Shown piece by piece: positions 41,219-51,015 of a DNA stretch of 64,000 nt. Both the position numbers and the translations under genes were made by a program. Source of the DNA: Patescibacteria group bacterium (GTDB lineage: Bacteria; Patescibacteriota; Minisyncoccia; UBA6257; GWB1-50-10); assembly GCA_040757555.1 (NCBI GenBank), contig JBFLWN010000002.1, positions 19,116 through 83,115 on the forward strand. Reading direction: 5' to 3'. The notes beneath the pieces are model-generated. The model saw only the letters and a list, made by a program, of their open reading frames with translations. It made no database searches and was not told the DNA's origin. Each line of letters starts with the position of its first letter. Position 1 is the stretch's first letter.

Positions 41219-42013
41219 TTAATACAGTTTTTTATTGTAGATATCCAACAAGAGTCTCCCCTCTCTTCCGAGATTTGGATTTCCTTTATACACTGTTACC
41301 CCGCAATTTATTGGGGTTTCGTTTATATTCACATCCATAAATTTCTCGCGATCCCAGTGTTCCAGGTTTGCGCGGAACGAAAGAATGGTTAAATGATGTG
41401 ATATCACCAATACATTTTCGTTTGCACGTTCTCTCACAATGGTTCCCAAAAAATCTCGAACACGATCGCGCACATCCGATTTACTCTCCCCATTCAAAAA
41501 ACGATATTCATATCCTCCCTCCAATTTATATAAGAGTCCCTGAAGTGGATTCATTACGTTATAAATACGCCAATCATTAAACAACGTTGAAAGTCCGTGT
41601 TCTTGTTCGCGAATTCGCTCTTCGGAAATTGTTTTTACTTTTTTTAATTCCGGCCATCCTTTTTTTATTTCTGCAAAGGTTTGCCGAGTACGCAGATAAG
41701 GAGAAACATACACCACATCAGGAAATTCAATGTGTTTTTTCAGATTTTTTCCTACTTTCTTTGCCTGTTCAAGTCCGGTTTTTGTGAGTGGAGTATTATA
41801 ATCACTCATCGGAAGATTTATTGCGTGCCACATCTTTTTTGTGAGTACTCTCAATTCTTCACTTGGCCAATTTTCATCTTTTGCTTTTGCAAAATCCCGA
41901 TCAAAAAGCTCACAAAAACGTCCATAATCAATGTGATCCTGTTTTTTGAATTTCAGCGCATTATATTCGGATTCCCCGTGTCGTATAAATGTTAATGTAT
42001 GTGGCCATTTCAT
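41219..42013 (-). CDS. Histidine phosphatase family protein
   Basis: RHGES, SPYLRTRQT, GES...V..RV, VISH. Confidence 0.92.
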   Translation of the reverse strand: MKWPHTLTFIRHGESEYNALKFKKQDHIDYGRFCELFDRDFAKAKDENWPSEELRVLTKKMWHAINLPMSDYNTPLTKTGLEQAKKVGKNLKKHIEFPDVVYVSPYLRTRQTFAEIKKGWPELKKVKTISEERIREQEHGLSTLFNDWRIYNVMNPLQGLLYKLEGGYEYRFLNGESKSDVRDRVRDFLGTIVRERANENVLVISHHLTILSFRANLEHWDREKFMDVNINETPINCGVTVYKGNPNLGREGRLLLDIYNKKLY

Positions 42014-42092
42014 ATATTCAGAATATCATATATTCTCAAAAAAACGCAGAAAAATTGACATAAATAAGATCACATAGTATAATTAAGCCCTT

Positions 42093-43355
42093 ATGACAGA
42101 AAGCAAAAAAGATTTTTACGGGTTAGGAATCGCCCCGGGTATTCTCGATATCATTTCGAACAAACTCAACTTTAAAGTTCCAACTCCAATTCAAGAACGC
42201 TCAATCCCTATCTTGATTGAAGGAAAAGATTTAATGGGAATTGCACAGACAGGAACGGGAAAAACACTCGCGTTCGGAATTCCATTATTGCAACGGGTGC
42301 TTCAAGGTGTAGGAAATGGCCTTGTGGTGGTTCCCACACGTGAACTCGCACTACAGATTGACGAAACACTTCGAAAAATCGGCACTCCACTCAGTTTGAG
42401 AACTGCGGTGATCATCGGCGGAGAACCTATTTCGAAACAAATCCGGGATCTTCATCGAAATCCACAAATTATCATCGGAACCCCAGGAAGAATTCTCGAT
42501 CATTTGGAACAAAAAACACTTTCACTAAGTAAGGTAGGAATTTTTGTTTTGGATGAAGCGGATCGAATACTCGACATGGGATTTGCTCCACAACTACAGC
42601 GCATTCTTTTTATTCTCCCGAAAAATCGACAAACAATGCTCTTTTCGGCAACTATGCCGGAACAAATTATTTCTATTGCGAAAACATACATGAAACTCCC
42701 CGTACGAGTCGAAATCGCGCGACCGGGAACCACGGTAAAAGACGTGACACAGGAATTATTTTTTGTGAAACAGGAAGAAAAACCGAGGCTCTTGGAAAAA
42801 ATGCTTCAGGATTATCGCGGTTCGGTGTTGGTGTTCTGTCGAACAAAATATAGTGCAAAAAAAATAGCGGCACTCGTACGTGCACTGGGACATAAATCGG
42901 TTGAAATGCACGGCAATCGATCACTCAGCCAAAGAAAAGATGCATTAGAAGGATTTAAAACCGGACGATATCGAGTGCTCATTGCAACCGACATCGCTGC
43001 ACGAGGAATTGATGTCACCAACATTGAATTGGTATTAAATTATGATCTTCCTGAGAATGCGGAAGATTACGTACACCGCATCGGTCGCACCGCACGAGCG
43101 GGAATCGCCGGTCGCGCCATTTCATTTGCGCAACCGAATCAAAAAGCGGATGTGCGTTCAATTGAACGACTCATCAGAGGAACACTTCCTATTTCAAAAA
43201 TCCCCCTTCTCCCCCCTCCGTTGCCCTCAAAGTTTAAGGTTGAAAAAATGGAAGAAAGATTTGATCCACGAAAAAAACGATTTCATCCGCGCGATCGCAA
43301 AAAGAAATTTCACGGCAAGCGCCCCTACTCGAGTTCATTCAGAAAAGGAAGATAA
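42093..43355 (+). CDS. DEAD-box RNA helicase (RhlE-like)
   Basis: AQTGTGKT, PTRELA, DEAD, SAT, HRIGRTAR. Confidence 0.96.
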   Translation: MTESKKDFYGLGIAPGILDIISNKLNFKVPTPIQERSIPILIEGKDLMGIAQTGTGKTLAFGIPLLQRVLQGVGNGLVVVPTRELALQIDETLRKIGTPLSLRTAVIIGGEPISKQIRDLHRNPQIIIGTPGRILDHLEQKTLSLSKVGIFVLDEADRILDMGFAPQLQRILFILPKNRQTMLFSATMPEQIISIAKTYMKLPVRVEIARPGTTVKDVTQELFFVKQEEKPRLLEKMLQDYRGSVLVFCRTKYSAKKIAALVRALGHKSVEMHGNRSLSQRKDALEGFKTGRYRVLIATDIAARGIDVTNIELVLNYDLPENAEDYVHRIGRTARAGIAGRAISFAQPNQKADVRSIERLIRGTLPISKIPLLPPPLPSKFKVEKMEERFDPRKKRFHPRDRKKKFHGKRPYSSSFRKGR

Positions 43356-43399
43356 AATCACATTATAAAAAATCCCCGTTCCAACGGGGATTTTTTATA

Positions 43400-43795
43400 T
43401 TACTTCTCTAGTGCCATACAGCCTCCATATGTTTCTTCATCACTCTCGAGAAGAAACGCACCGTTTCCTTTCGTCCAAAAAATAATTGATTCATCATTAT
43501 TCGCATAACGAACACCGCTTGCCGAAATTGTTTCCGGAAGAGATAGTGTGCGTCCATCGCTCAATATAATATGAACACTACCGTTTGGTATTGGTCGTTC
43601 ACCAGGTTTTACGGGAATTGGAGTACCAATTATATACGTTGCTTGAATTGTTTGAGCATTTTCGCAAACATATGAAACATTATTTTCGCGTTTTGAATCC
43701 AACGTTTCGTTTTTTTGTTGTGAAACACTGGGATAGAAAAACCATATCCCCAAAATCACTGCCATTAAAATTATTGCCGCAAAAATTGTTTTCAT
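43400..43795 (-). CDS. MliC-family lysozyme inhibitor-like protein
   Basis: Y.C, SASGVRY, FWTKG..A, terminal Cys. Confidence 0.88.
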   Translation of the reverse strand: MKTIFAAIILMAVILGIWFFYPSVSQQKNETLDSKRENNVSYVCENAQTIQATYIIGTPIPVKPGERPIPNGSVHIILSDGRTLSLPETISASGVRYANNDESIIFWTKGNGAFLLESDEETYGGCMALEK

Positions 43796-43887
43796 AATTT
43801 ATGTTGTATCTATAAAGAATACCACAACCAGAAAATCTGTTATTATTTATGTAGTTCAATAATAATTTCAAAGAAAGGAAGGTGGCT

Positions 43888-45477
43888 ATGAAAGGCCTAT
43901 CTAAGTCATGGAAAATAATCCAAGGTGGCATGGGGGTATATATCTCCGGCTGGCGTTTGGCTCGTGCAGTCTCACTTCCAAAATCTTTTGTATCCTTCTG
44001 GAGATTTGTTGCATGGATATTCAATATTTTTGGAAAGAAATACATATATGGAGGCGGTCAATTGGGCACCCTCTCCGGCGTTGCACTTCATCGAATCGTT
44101 CCCCGTATTCTCCAAATGGGTGATCCGGGCGGTCATATTCGACGCGCACTTTCACATTTCCCATTTCCAGCTATTGCCCAAAAAGTTATAGATACATTCT
44201 ATGTGGAGGGCGGGATTAAAAAAGGAACTCCATTCAAAGCGGTACCTGTGTTTACTATTAACCCAACACATCTTCTCATCTGTACTACCATTTGCTCCAA
44301 CTATGCATTTGTGTGGTTGGCAAAAGAAAAAAATCCGAACCCGATAAGTATTAATTATCTGGAAAAGGTGGCAATGCCCCATGTATATGCAATCTTTGGC
44401 GCAATACTTGCGGGGGTTGATTTCATCACTATGGGTGCGGGTATCCCTCTTCAAATTCCGAAATTGATTGAAGATATTGTGGAGGGTCGAGAAGCAACCT
44501 ATCGCATACCGGTCATTGGAAAAAATATCACGAGTTACACAATGACATTCGATGCAAAGAAATTCTTCGGAAGTGAATTGCCAAAAATGAAAAAACCGGG
44601 ATTCATTCCGATTATTTCATCAAATCTCTTGGCAAATATCTTTATGAAAAAATTGCCTCCGGGGAGTGTATTTGGATTTGTGGTTGAGGAACCTACTGCA
44701 GGAGGACACAATGCTCCCCCACGAAAACCGATTTTTGATGAACATGGAAACCCCAAACCAATCTATGGAGAAAAAGATGTAGTTGATTATCCCGCGCTTG
44801 CTTCACTCGGTGTCCCTTTTTGGATTGGCGGTTCGTATGCATCTCCGGAAAAACTCAAATGGGCACTCTCGGTTGGCGCAGCAGGTATCCAAGCGGGTTC
44901 AATTTTTGCTCTTTCTGAAGATTCAAATATGGATCCTAATATCCGCAAAAAAATCCGAAAACGTGGTTTTGAAGGAACACTTATTGTGAAAACCGATATG
45001 CGAATATCGCCAACCGGTTTTCCATTTAAAATAGTGGATCTTGAAGACACCATAGCAAATTCGGAAGTGTATGAAGCAAGAACGCGTATTTGTAACCAAA
45101 GCGAACTTGTTTCTCTCTATGAACGCCCCGATGGAAAGGTTGGTTATCGATGTCCAGCTGAACCAGTGGATGATCAATTCGTGAGAAAAGGCGGAGACCC
45201 AGCCGACACTGTCGGAAGAGGTTGTCTCTGTAATGGACTTATCACCACTGGAGGGTTAGGCGATGAAGAAGAACCACCGGTAGTCACGCTTGGTGACGAT
45301 GTGAGCTTCCTTCCATTCCTCATGAAGAACGCCGAAGATTCATATTCCGCAGACGAAGCAATAAAATATCTGTTAGGAAAAATAAAAGACCCGAAATACT
45401 CAGGGTCTTTTTTTAAAATACTATCCACGCAATTGATGCGACCGCCCAACTCGCTTCGTTCCAGATTTCGCTTATAA
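43888..45477 (+). CDS. Nitronate monooxygenase-family flavoenzyme
   Basis: IIQGGMG, MGAGIP, AGGHNAPPR, SPTGFPFK, CLCNGL; 3' end probably over-extended. Confidence 0.85.
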   Translation: MKGLSKSWKIIQGGMGVYISGWRLARAVSLPKSFVSFWRFVAWIFNIFGKKYIYGGGQLGTLSGVALHRIVPRILQMGDPGGHIRRALSHFPFPAIAQKVIDTFYVEGGIKKGTPFKAVPVFTINPTHLLICTTICSNYAFVWLAKEKNPNPISINYLEKVAMPHVYAIFGAILAGVDFITMGAGIPLQIPKLIEDIVEGREATYRIPVIGKNITSYTMTFDAKKFFGSELPKMKKPGFIPIISSNLLANIFMKKLPPGSVFGFVVEEPTAGGHNAPPRKPIFDEHGNPKPIYGEKDVVDYPALASLGVPFWIGGSYASPEKLKWALSVGAAGIQAGSIFALSEDSNMDPNIRKKIRKRGFEGTLIVKTDMRISPTGFPFKIVDLEDTIANSEVYEARTRICNQSELVSLYERPDGKVGYRCPAEPVDDQFVRKGGDPADTVGRGCLCNGLITTGGLGDEEEPPVVTLGDDVSFLPFLMKNAEDSYSADEAIKYLLGKIKDPKYSGSFFKILSTQLMRPPNSLRSRFRL

Positions 45478-46066
45478 GCGAACCTCTTGTGTTTCTATTC
45501 CATCCTTGATGGTTTGAAACTACAAGATGAACAATTCGAGTAATGATGGTGATATTTCCTAACAATATCCACCATCCGGACAATCCACGTTCTCCATAAA
45601 GATAAATACTGAAAGCAAGTGCAACCTGCGGTACTGACTTAAAGAACACCGCAAGCCCAGCTTTCACGTACGCATCCAATAATGGGAGTTTTTTTATCTT
45701 TGCAATCGCGATAGTAAGAATCACACCAGCGATAACAATAAATAAAGTTACGGTATCGGTGTGTTTCCATACTTCGGGCATTTTGAAGAAAGCAATAAAG
45801 AAATGTCCTCCGATAAACAGAGACCACATTGCATAAATGAATATGCTCTGTTTCTTTATTGTCCTTTCGCCATCTGTGGATTCTTTGAATGCAAGAACCG
45901 AGAGCCACAAATTGATGACCGCAAATATAAAATGACAGAGAAAAAACGAAAGAAGATTTCCTTCGGTGCTCTTCATCATTTTTACCGCCTGCGTCGCAAA
46001 GAATATTGTCGCGCAAACAATTTGGAACCAAAACAGCAGGTTCCCGAAAATTCTTCTTTTGGGCAT
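45413..46066 (-). CDS. PQ-loop/SWEET-like multi-TM membrane protein, cassette gene
   Basis: About 7 TM, VPQV motif; TTGACA-17-TATATT; AGGAGG. Confidence 0.65.
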   Translation of the reverse strand: MPKRRIFGNLLFWFQIVCATIFFATQAVKMMKSTEGNLLSFFLCHFIFAVINLWLSVLAFKESTDGERTIKKQSIFIYAMWSLFIGGHFFIAFFKMPEVWKHTDTVTLFIVIAGVILTIAIAKIKKLPLLDAYVKAGLAVFFKSVPQVALAFSIYLYGERGLSGWWILLGNITIITRIVHLVVSNHQGWNRNTRGSLISEIWNEASWAVASIAWIVF

Positions 46067-46173
46067 TCGGCCCTCCTGTTTTGATTGGAAAAATTATTAC
46101 TTAAGTTACTATTTTAAATATAGCACAATATCTTAAGTTTGTCAATGTATGCCAATAATGTGAGATAATAAGG

Positions 46174-46482
46174 CTATTTTTTATCTTTATCTTTTTCACT
46201 TGGACAACCCCAATTCCAATGCGGTTTCTCCCCTTTCTTATATGCAATCCGGATAAAAACAGCAGTGAGTAATACGACAGGAAGAGCAAAAGTAAAAACA
46301 ATTTCATTTTTGGGCGACTGCTCATCAATAGTGAGTGAAAACAAAACAATGAGCGCAATGTAACCAATGGTAATCGCCCACCCCTGCCACGTTACGGGTG
46401 TCCATCCCCATCCAAAACATTTTGCCTTGAACCAATACCCTTCCGGATTATTTTTTAAATATTCAATATATTTTTTTATCAT
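46174..46482 (-). CDS. Small membrane protein
   Basis: WFKAK.FGWGWTPVTWQGW, 2 TM. Confidence 0.8.
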   Translation of the reverse strand: MIKKYIEYLKNNPEGYWFKAKCFGWGWTPVTWQGWAITIGYIALIVLFSLTIDEQSPKNEIVFTFALPVVLLTAVFIRIAYKKGEKPHWNWGCPSEKDKDKK

Positions 46483-46566
46483 ATGTATATTCTACATCAA
46501 ATTTGTTTATATAATCCACGTTGTCTTATGGACAAAAAAAAGACGACTGAAAAAGTCGTCTTTTGA

Positions 46567-47745
46567 TTATGTGAATATCTTTCGATATATCAGAATCCCC
46601 ACTATTCCGAAAACAAGAACCGTTCCCCCCAACACCTGGAGAGCAAGCGGAAGTCCCGATGTGGTGAGAAAAAATCCAAATGCGCCAAGTGACACAAACT
46701 GCATCCCTCCCGAAATCGCCGATTGAATGGAAAGAACGGTTGCCCTGTTTTTTGAATCGATGTGACGATTCAAAAATTCCGAGAAAAACGGACGCGACAA
46801 CCCTCGCACCATGTTTTGCAGAAATATCATCCCAATGGCAAAAACCGAAACGAACGAGCCCATAATAAATACGGGAATCCCCACAAGTGCCACAAGCAGT
46901 ACAATAATATTTTTTTCACCAACTCTTTTTGCAAGTCCGTCGGCGTTCCTGCTGAAATACCAGGCGATACCATTCAAAAAGAAAAAGATAACGCCGTAAT
47001 ATTTCACGTCGAGTAAAACGAGTTCAAAATACGGGTTGTAGGTAAAAAACCATATCTTTGATGCAACACTTATCATGGTGGCGAATCCAAATATCCATTT
47101 CACTTCCATGCTCCGTGCAACAAATGCAAATCCTGATTTCATGATGTGTATCTGTTCCTTCGGAGTGTATTTTTTTTCTGTGGGAGGTTCCTTCAGAAAA
47201 AATGTTGCTCCCAACGAAACCACTGCACCGGGAATCGAAAGAAATGCGGGAAGACGAAGTGAAATGCCGGCGAGAAATCCAACCGCAAGAGAGCAGAACG
47301 CAACAAGAATAAGATAGTTTCCTGTTGCACGCCCTTCTATTTTTCGGTATTCGTCTTCACGTCCCGATACTTTCAGTGAATCATAAAGAAACGCGGAATC
47401 CGCACCGGAAGTGAGTGAAGCGCCGATCATCCACATGATATTTGCGGTCCATACATCACCGGGCGAGTTCATACAGGCAAAAATAATTCTACTCGCGAGT
47501 TGAAACATTGCACCCGCGACAATAGTTTTTTTTCTGCCGATGAGATCGGCAAGTGCCCCGGAAGGAATTTCAAGAAATATGAAACCAATAAGCACAATAG
47601 ATTCCAGATAATAGATACCAGAAAGATTCATCTTTCCGAGGTGAATGAGACTTGAGATGAGCACGGGTCCCCAAAAAAGCGGTTCTGCAAATGTCACATA
47701 CCAGGTGTAGAACCGAACGTTTCGCGATACATCGTGAGCGTTCAT
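46567..47745 (-). CDS. MFS transporter (efflux type)
   Basis: LEIPSGALADLIGRK motif A, SGADSAFLYDSL, RATVLS; about 12 TM. Confidence 0.93.
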   Translation of the reverse strand: MNAHDVSRNVRFYTWYVTFAEPLFWGPVLISSLIHLGKMNLSGIYYLESIVLIGFIFLEIPSGALADLIGRKKTIVAGAMFQLASRIIFACMNSPGDVWTANIMWMIGASLTSGADSAFLYDSLKVSGREDEYRKIEGRATGNYLILVAFCSLAVGFLAGISLRLPAFLSIPGAVVSLGATFFLKEPPTEKKYTPKEQIHIMKSGFAFVARSMEVKWIFGFATMISVASKIWFFTYNPYFELVLLDVKYYGVIFFFLNGIAWYFSRNADGLAKRVGEKNIIVLLVALVGIPVFIMGSFVSVFAIGMIFLQNMVRGLSRPFFSEFLNRHIDSKNRATVLSIQSAISGGMQFVSLGAFGFFLTTSGLPLALQVLGGTVLVFGIVGILIYRKIFT

Positions 47746-47784
47746 TGTTTTCTCCTTTATTTATTTGTGAAAGATCATTTTTAT

Positions 47785-47988
47785 GCTGAATAAAAAAATT
47801 CCGGCTTCTATTCAGCCGGGATGTCCCAAAAAAGAAATGTTTTTGCTTACTTAGGAGTGTTTCAAAGGTTGAAAAAACATATCGGCTGAATACAAATTAA
47901 ATCCATGTCCGTATGACACGACAAAATCGGCCACCGGGGTGATGGTGTTCCAATTGTTTGTATTAAGTTGTCGACACATTTTTCTCAT
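47785..47988 (-). promoter_or_regulatory. Putative leader-peptide attenuator (45-aa uORF 47988-47851, terminator 47819-47792)
   Basis: CCGGCT-GAATAGA-AGCCGG-AA-T7 terminator; uORF contains TATTCAGCCG complementary to its 5' arm and loop. Confidence 0.65.
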
Positions 47989-48082
47989 GGATATACTATA
48001 CCATAACTCACAAAAAATGCAATGGACGTCATAAAGAACCCAACACAAGAGGAGATTCTTAATTTAACTTACATTTACTTTC

Positions 48083-48586
48083 TTAGGAGTCACAATTAAC
48101 TAACAACACAACGCTTTTTTCTCTATTCTCTTCGAGGGTATTTTTCACAAATTTCTCCCACTCCGATGACAGTTTTTCATTTTCCCCGTCGTTCTCACTC
48201 CATCCCCTTTCAACCCAACTACAATCCGAATTCATTATTGCCTGGGGAAATAAATCATTGAATATCTCCGAGTCGCCAAGAAGGTATTCGGGAAGAAAGA
48301 TATCATTGAGCGTCCAACTATCAAATTTTCTGTTTTCATCTTCAGTATTCCCATTTCCCCCGTATTCATTGAGGGGTTTTTCCACTTTTTGTCTTAATAC
48401 ATACAACAACTTTTCATATTCATTCGGTTTTCTATTCTTATAGAAAACTAGCTTTTCATTGAATGTCATTTTTTCAATTTCATTCTTCATTCGTTCCATT
48501 TCCATATCATTCTCTTTAATGATCCCGGGAACATTTTTTCGCATAGATTCGTCAATATTTACAATTACAAAAGTATAATAATGCAT
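48083..48586 (-). CDS. Hypothetical protein
   Basis: 167-aa ORF co-oriented with neighbours. Confidence 0.65.
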   Translation of the reverse strand: MHYYTFVIVNIDESMRKNVPGIIKENDMEMERMKNEIEKMTFNEKLVFYKNRKPNEYEKLLYVLRQKVEKPLNEYGGNGNTEDENRKFDSWTLNDIFLPEYLLGDSEIFNDLFPQAIMNSDCSWVERGWSENDGENEKLSSEWEKFVKNTLEENREKSVVLLVNCDS

Positions 48587-48594
48587 GGTTATAT

Positions 48595-50202
48595 TTAAAT
48601 AATTTTTGCGCTTTTCAATACTTTCCTTACGGAATATTTATACTGATGATTTTTCTCCAATGCTTTGCGGGCCTGATCTTTCGTGATAAATCCAACGGTC
48701 ACCTCTCGCGCAAGACGGGTTGCATCAGGATGAAATCCGAGCATTCTTCGCGCTTTGCTTTCCGCGGCACGAGCGAAAAGACAGGAATTGGAATTCGATT
48801 CCACCAAATCCTCTCCCCTTGGAATTTTCCATCCGAGTTTTTTTAGAATTTTCTTTGTATCTCCGATTTTTCTCTGAAGAAGAAATGGAAGATGCACCAC
48901 GTACACTGCGGGTCTGTTTTTAAATGGCTGTAATTTTCTTAACGACGAAAAAACAAATTTCTTTGATTCGCTGTTTTGGCTAAGCCCCGCCCATTCATTG
49001 ATGCCAAGTGCAATCACCCGCACTCCATGTTTCACCGCTTCTCCGTAATATGATCGAATAATCACCCGCCTGCACAATTGGCAGGTTCGAATGAATGGAA
49101 TGCGATGTTCACATTTTATGGAATAATGCCTCCGTCCTTCCGTGTACCATTTTCGAAATTTCTCTTTTAATTCGGGAGATTCGCGCTCGTCGTATAAATC
49201 CGCTGTTTTTTGAAAACTTGCGCGATCTGCCGGACGGATATATTTTCTCGCATCAATTTTTTCGTAATCAACTCCCAATTGCGCAGCAACCTGTTTTGCC
49301 CTCTGGGGTATGTGCTTTGGGTAATAGCCGGAATCCAATGAAAACGCGAGAGGAGTAAATCCCATCTTTTTGATTTCATACAACATCGCCGTACTGTCCT
49401 TTCCTCCGGAAATACCCACCATCGCATCATATTTTCCCTTCCCACTCTTTCGTAAAGACAATAAAAGCTTTAATTCTTTCTCAAGTGGCTTTTTGCTAAA
49501 ATTTTGTTTGTACTTTTCGCATACCTCGCAAAAACCCGACTTTCCTATTGCATAGGACAAATTGGCACTTGAGTTGATACATCGCTTACACTCCCGTATT
49601 TCCACCAGCGCCTTCAACTGTGAAATTATTTCCTTCTCTGTGGTAACCGCAGTATTGAATGAGAGATGCGCAATCTTTTCTACTTTGTTTGTGGAAAAAA
49701 GTCGTTCCTCGATTTCTTGCTCTTTTTCCGCGAGTTTCTTTGAAAAGTTTTCCCTCTTTGCGAGTCGGTATGTTGTTTGTGTGTCGGGCGTTTTCAGATA
49801 CACCACAAAATATCCGTTTTTCTTGAAATACAAAGAATTCCGATATCCGCGTATTCCCGCCACAATGGGAAATTTTTGGGGAAAATCTTTTTTGTGGAGA
49901 TATATGATTGTTTTTGCAATAACCGATGAAGAATATTTATTTTTGAGATAGGTGAAAAAATCTCGCGCCTCTTCACGGGAAAAATGTTTTCGAACCGGTT
50001 TCTTATAAATTTTTCCAACCGCCCGGATAAACCCATCTTCTTTCTTCGGTAATTCCGTTAACGTTGATGCGGGATATATCACCAAATGAGATGCCTCGAT
50101 GTGTTTCGCATGAGAAAAATGATGCACAAGTGATTTTGCCAGTGTGGTTTTCCCGGTCCCTGGGGCGCCAAACACGACGATTCCCTTATAATTCCGTTTC
50201 AT
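48595..50202 (-). CDS. Fusion: P-loop NMP-kinase-like domain plus PP-loop (N-acetyl sugar amidotransferase-like) domain
   Basis: GAPGTGKTT; CKRC...CEVC; YDAMVGISGGKDS; CQLC; SC. Confidence 0.8.
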   Translation of the reverse strand: MKRNYKGIVVFGAPGTGKTTLAKSLVHHFSHAKHIEASHLVIYPASTLTELPKKEDGFIRAVGKIYKKPVRKHFSREEARDFFTYLKNKYSSSVIAKTIIYLHKKDFPQKFPIVAGIRGYRNSLYFKKNGYFVVYLKTPDTQTTYRLAKRENFSKKLAEKEQEIEERLFSTNKVEKIAHLSFNTAVTTEKEIISQLKALVEIRECKRCINSSANLSYAIGKSGFCEVCEKYKQNFSKKPLEKELKLLLSLRKSGKGKYDAMVGISGGKDSTAMLYEIKKMGFTPLAFSLDSGYYPKHIPQRAKQVAAQLGVDYEKIDARKYIRPADRASFQKTADLYDERESPELKEKFRKWYTEGRRHYSIKCEHRIPFIRTCQLCRRVIIRSYYGEAVKHGVRVIALGINEWAGLSQNSESKKFVFSSLRKLQPFKNRPAVYVVHLPFLLQRKIGDTKKILKKLGWKIPRGEDLVESNSNSCLFARAAESKARRMLGFHPDATRLAREVTVGFITKDQARKALEKNHQYKYSVRKVLKSAKII

Positions 50203-50209
50203 ATATTGA

Positions 50210-50479
50210 TTATAGCCCAGAACCTATCAAAACAAGTTTTTTCTTGCGTGACCAACTTTTGATTTCAATTTCCCGTTTTAATGCTTTGCTTTTTGTCTTA
50301 TATTTTTCCGAATAGACGAGCGCCACTGGCCGGCGAGATTTTGTGTATCGCGCTCCACGTTTCGAGGTGTTGTGTTGCCCCACCCGTTTTTTAAGATCGG
50401 TGGTGTATCCCGTATAGAGCGAACTATCCGCGCATTTAAGAATATAAACAAAATGGTTCACAAATTTATTTTTTATCAT
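50210..50479 (-). CDS. GIY-YIG nuclease (UPF0213/YazA-like)
   Basis: VYILKC...YTGYT.DL..R...HN, ALKRE..IK. Confidence 0.93.
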   Translation of the reverse strand: MIKNKFVNHFVYILKCADSSLYTGYTTDLKKRVGQHNTSKRGARYTKSRRPVALVYSEKYKTKSKALKREIEIKSWSRKKKLVLIGSGL

Positions 50480-50987
50480 TCAACAATTCATGAATGTCGG
50501 CGTTTTTGGAATCATTAATGAGAATCATTTTTTCCTCTTTCATTCCTCCTAGGAGAGAAAATATTTTCGTTTTATTGTCCCTATTCCATCGGTATATCCA
50601 CAAAAGAAACGGAATGCTGAACCTTTCCCCGCCTCCTTCCGGAAGCCCGTGTCTTTTTTCGAGACCAATCACAATTCTCATCATTCGCCTCAACACACGA
50701 TAGAGTTGCACTCTCGTCGGAATATCAATAAAAATGATGCGGTCCGCCCACATTGCTCTTTCGAGAAACAGCACTTTAGTATAATTCCCTTCCGCCACTC
50801 CGACGTCTTTTGATAAAAATTGCTTGCACACTTCCTCCAATTTTTCTTTTTCTTTCTTTTTCCACTGTGGATCCAAAAATAATGCATCCAGATGATACAC
50901 GGGATATCCGGTAGCAAGAGAGATTCTATTTGCCAGTGTGGATTTCCCGGAACCACTTCCCCCTAAAATCATTATTTTTTTATACAT
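50466..50987 (-). CDS. Adenylate-kinase-like P-loop protein (FlaR-like)
   Basis: GGSGSGKSTLA, HLDALF, EGNY. Confidence 0.85.
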   Translation of the reverse strand: MYKKIMILGGSGSGKSTLANRISLATGYPVYHLDALFLDPQWKKKEKEKLEEVCKQFLSKDVGVAEGNYTKVLFLERAMWADRIIFIDIPTRVQLYRVLRRMMRIVIGLEKRHGLPEGGGERFSIPFLLWIYRWNRDNKTKIFSLLGGMKEEKMILINDSKNADIHELLNDKK

Positions 50988-51015
50988 AGAAGTAAAAAAT
51001 ATACATTAAAATCCT

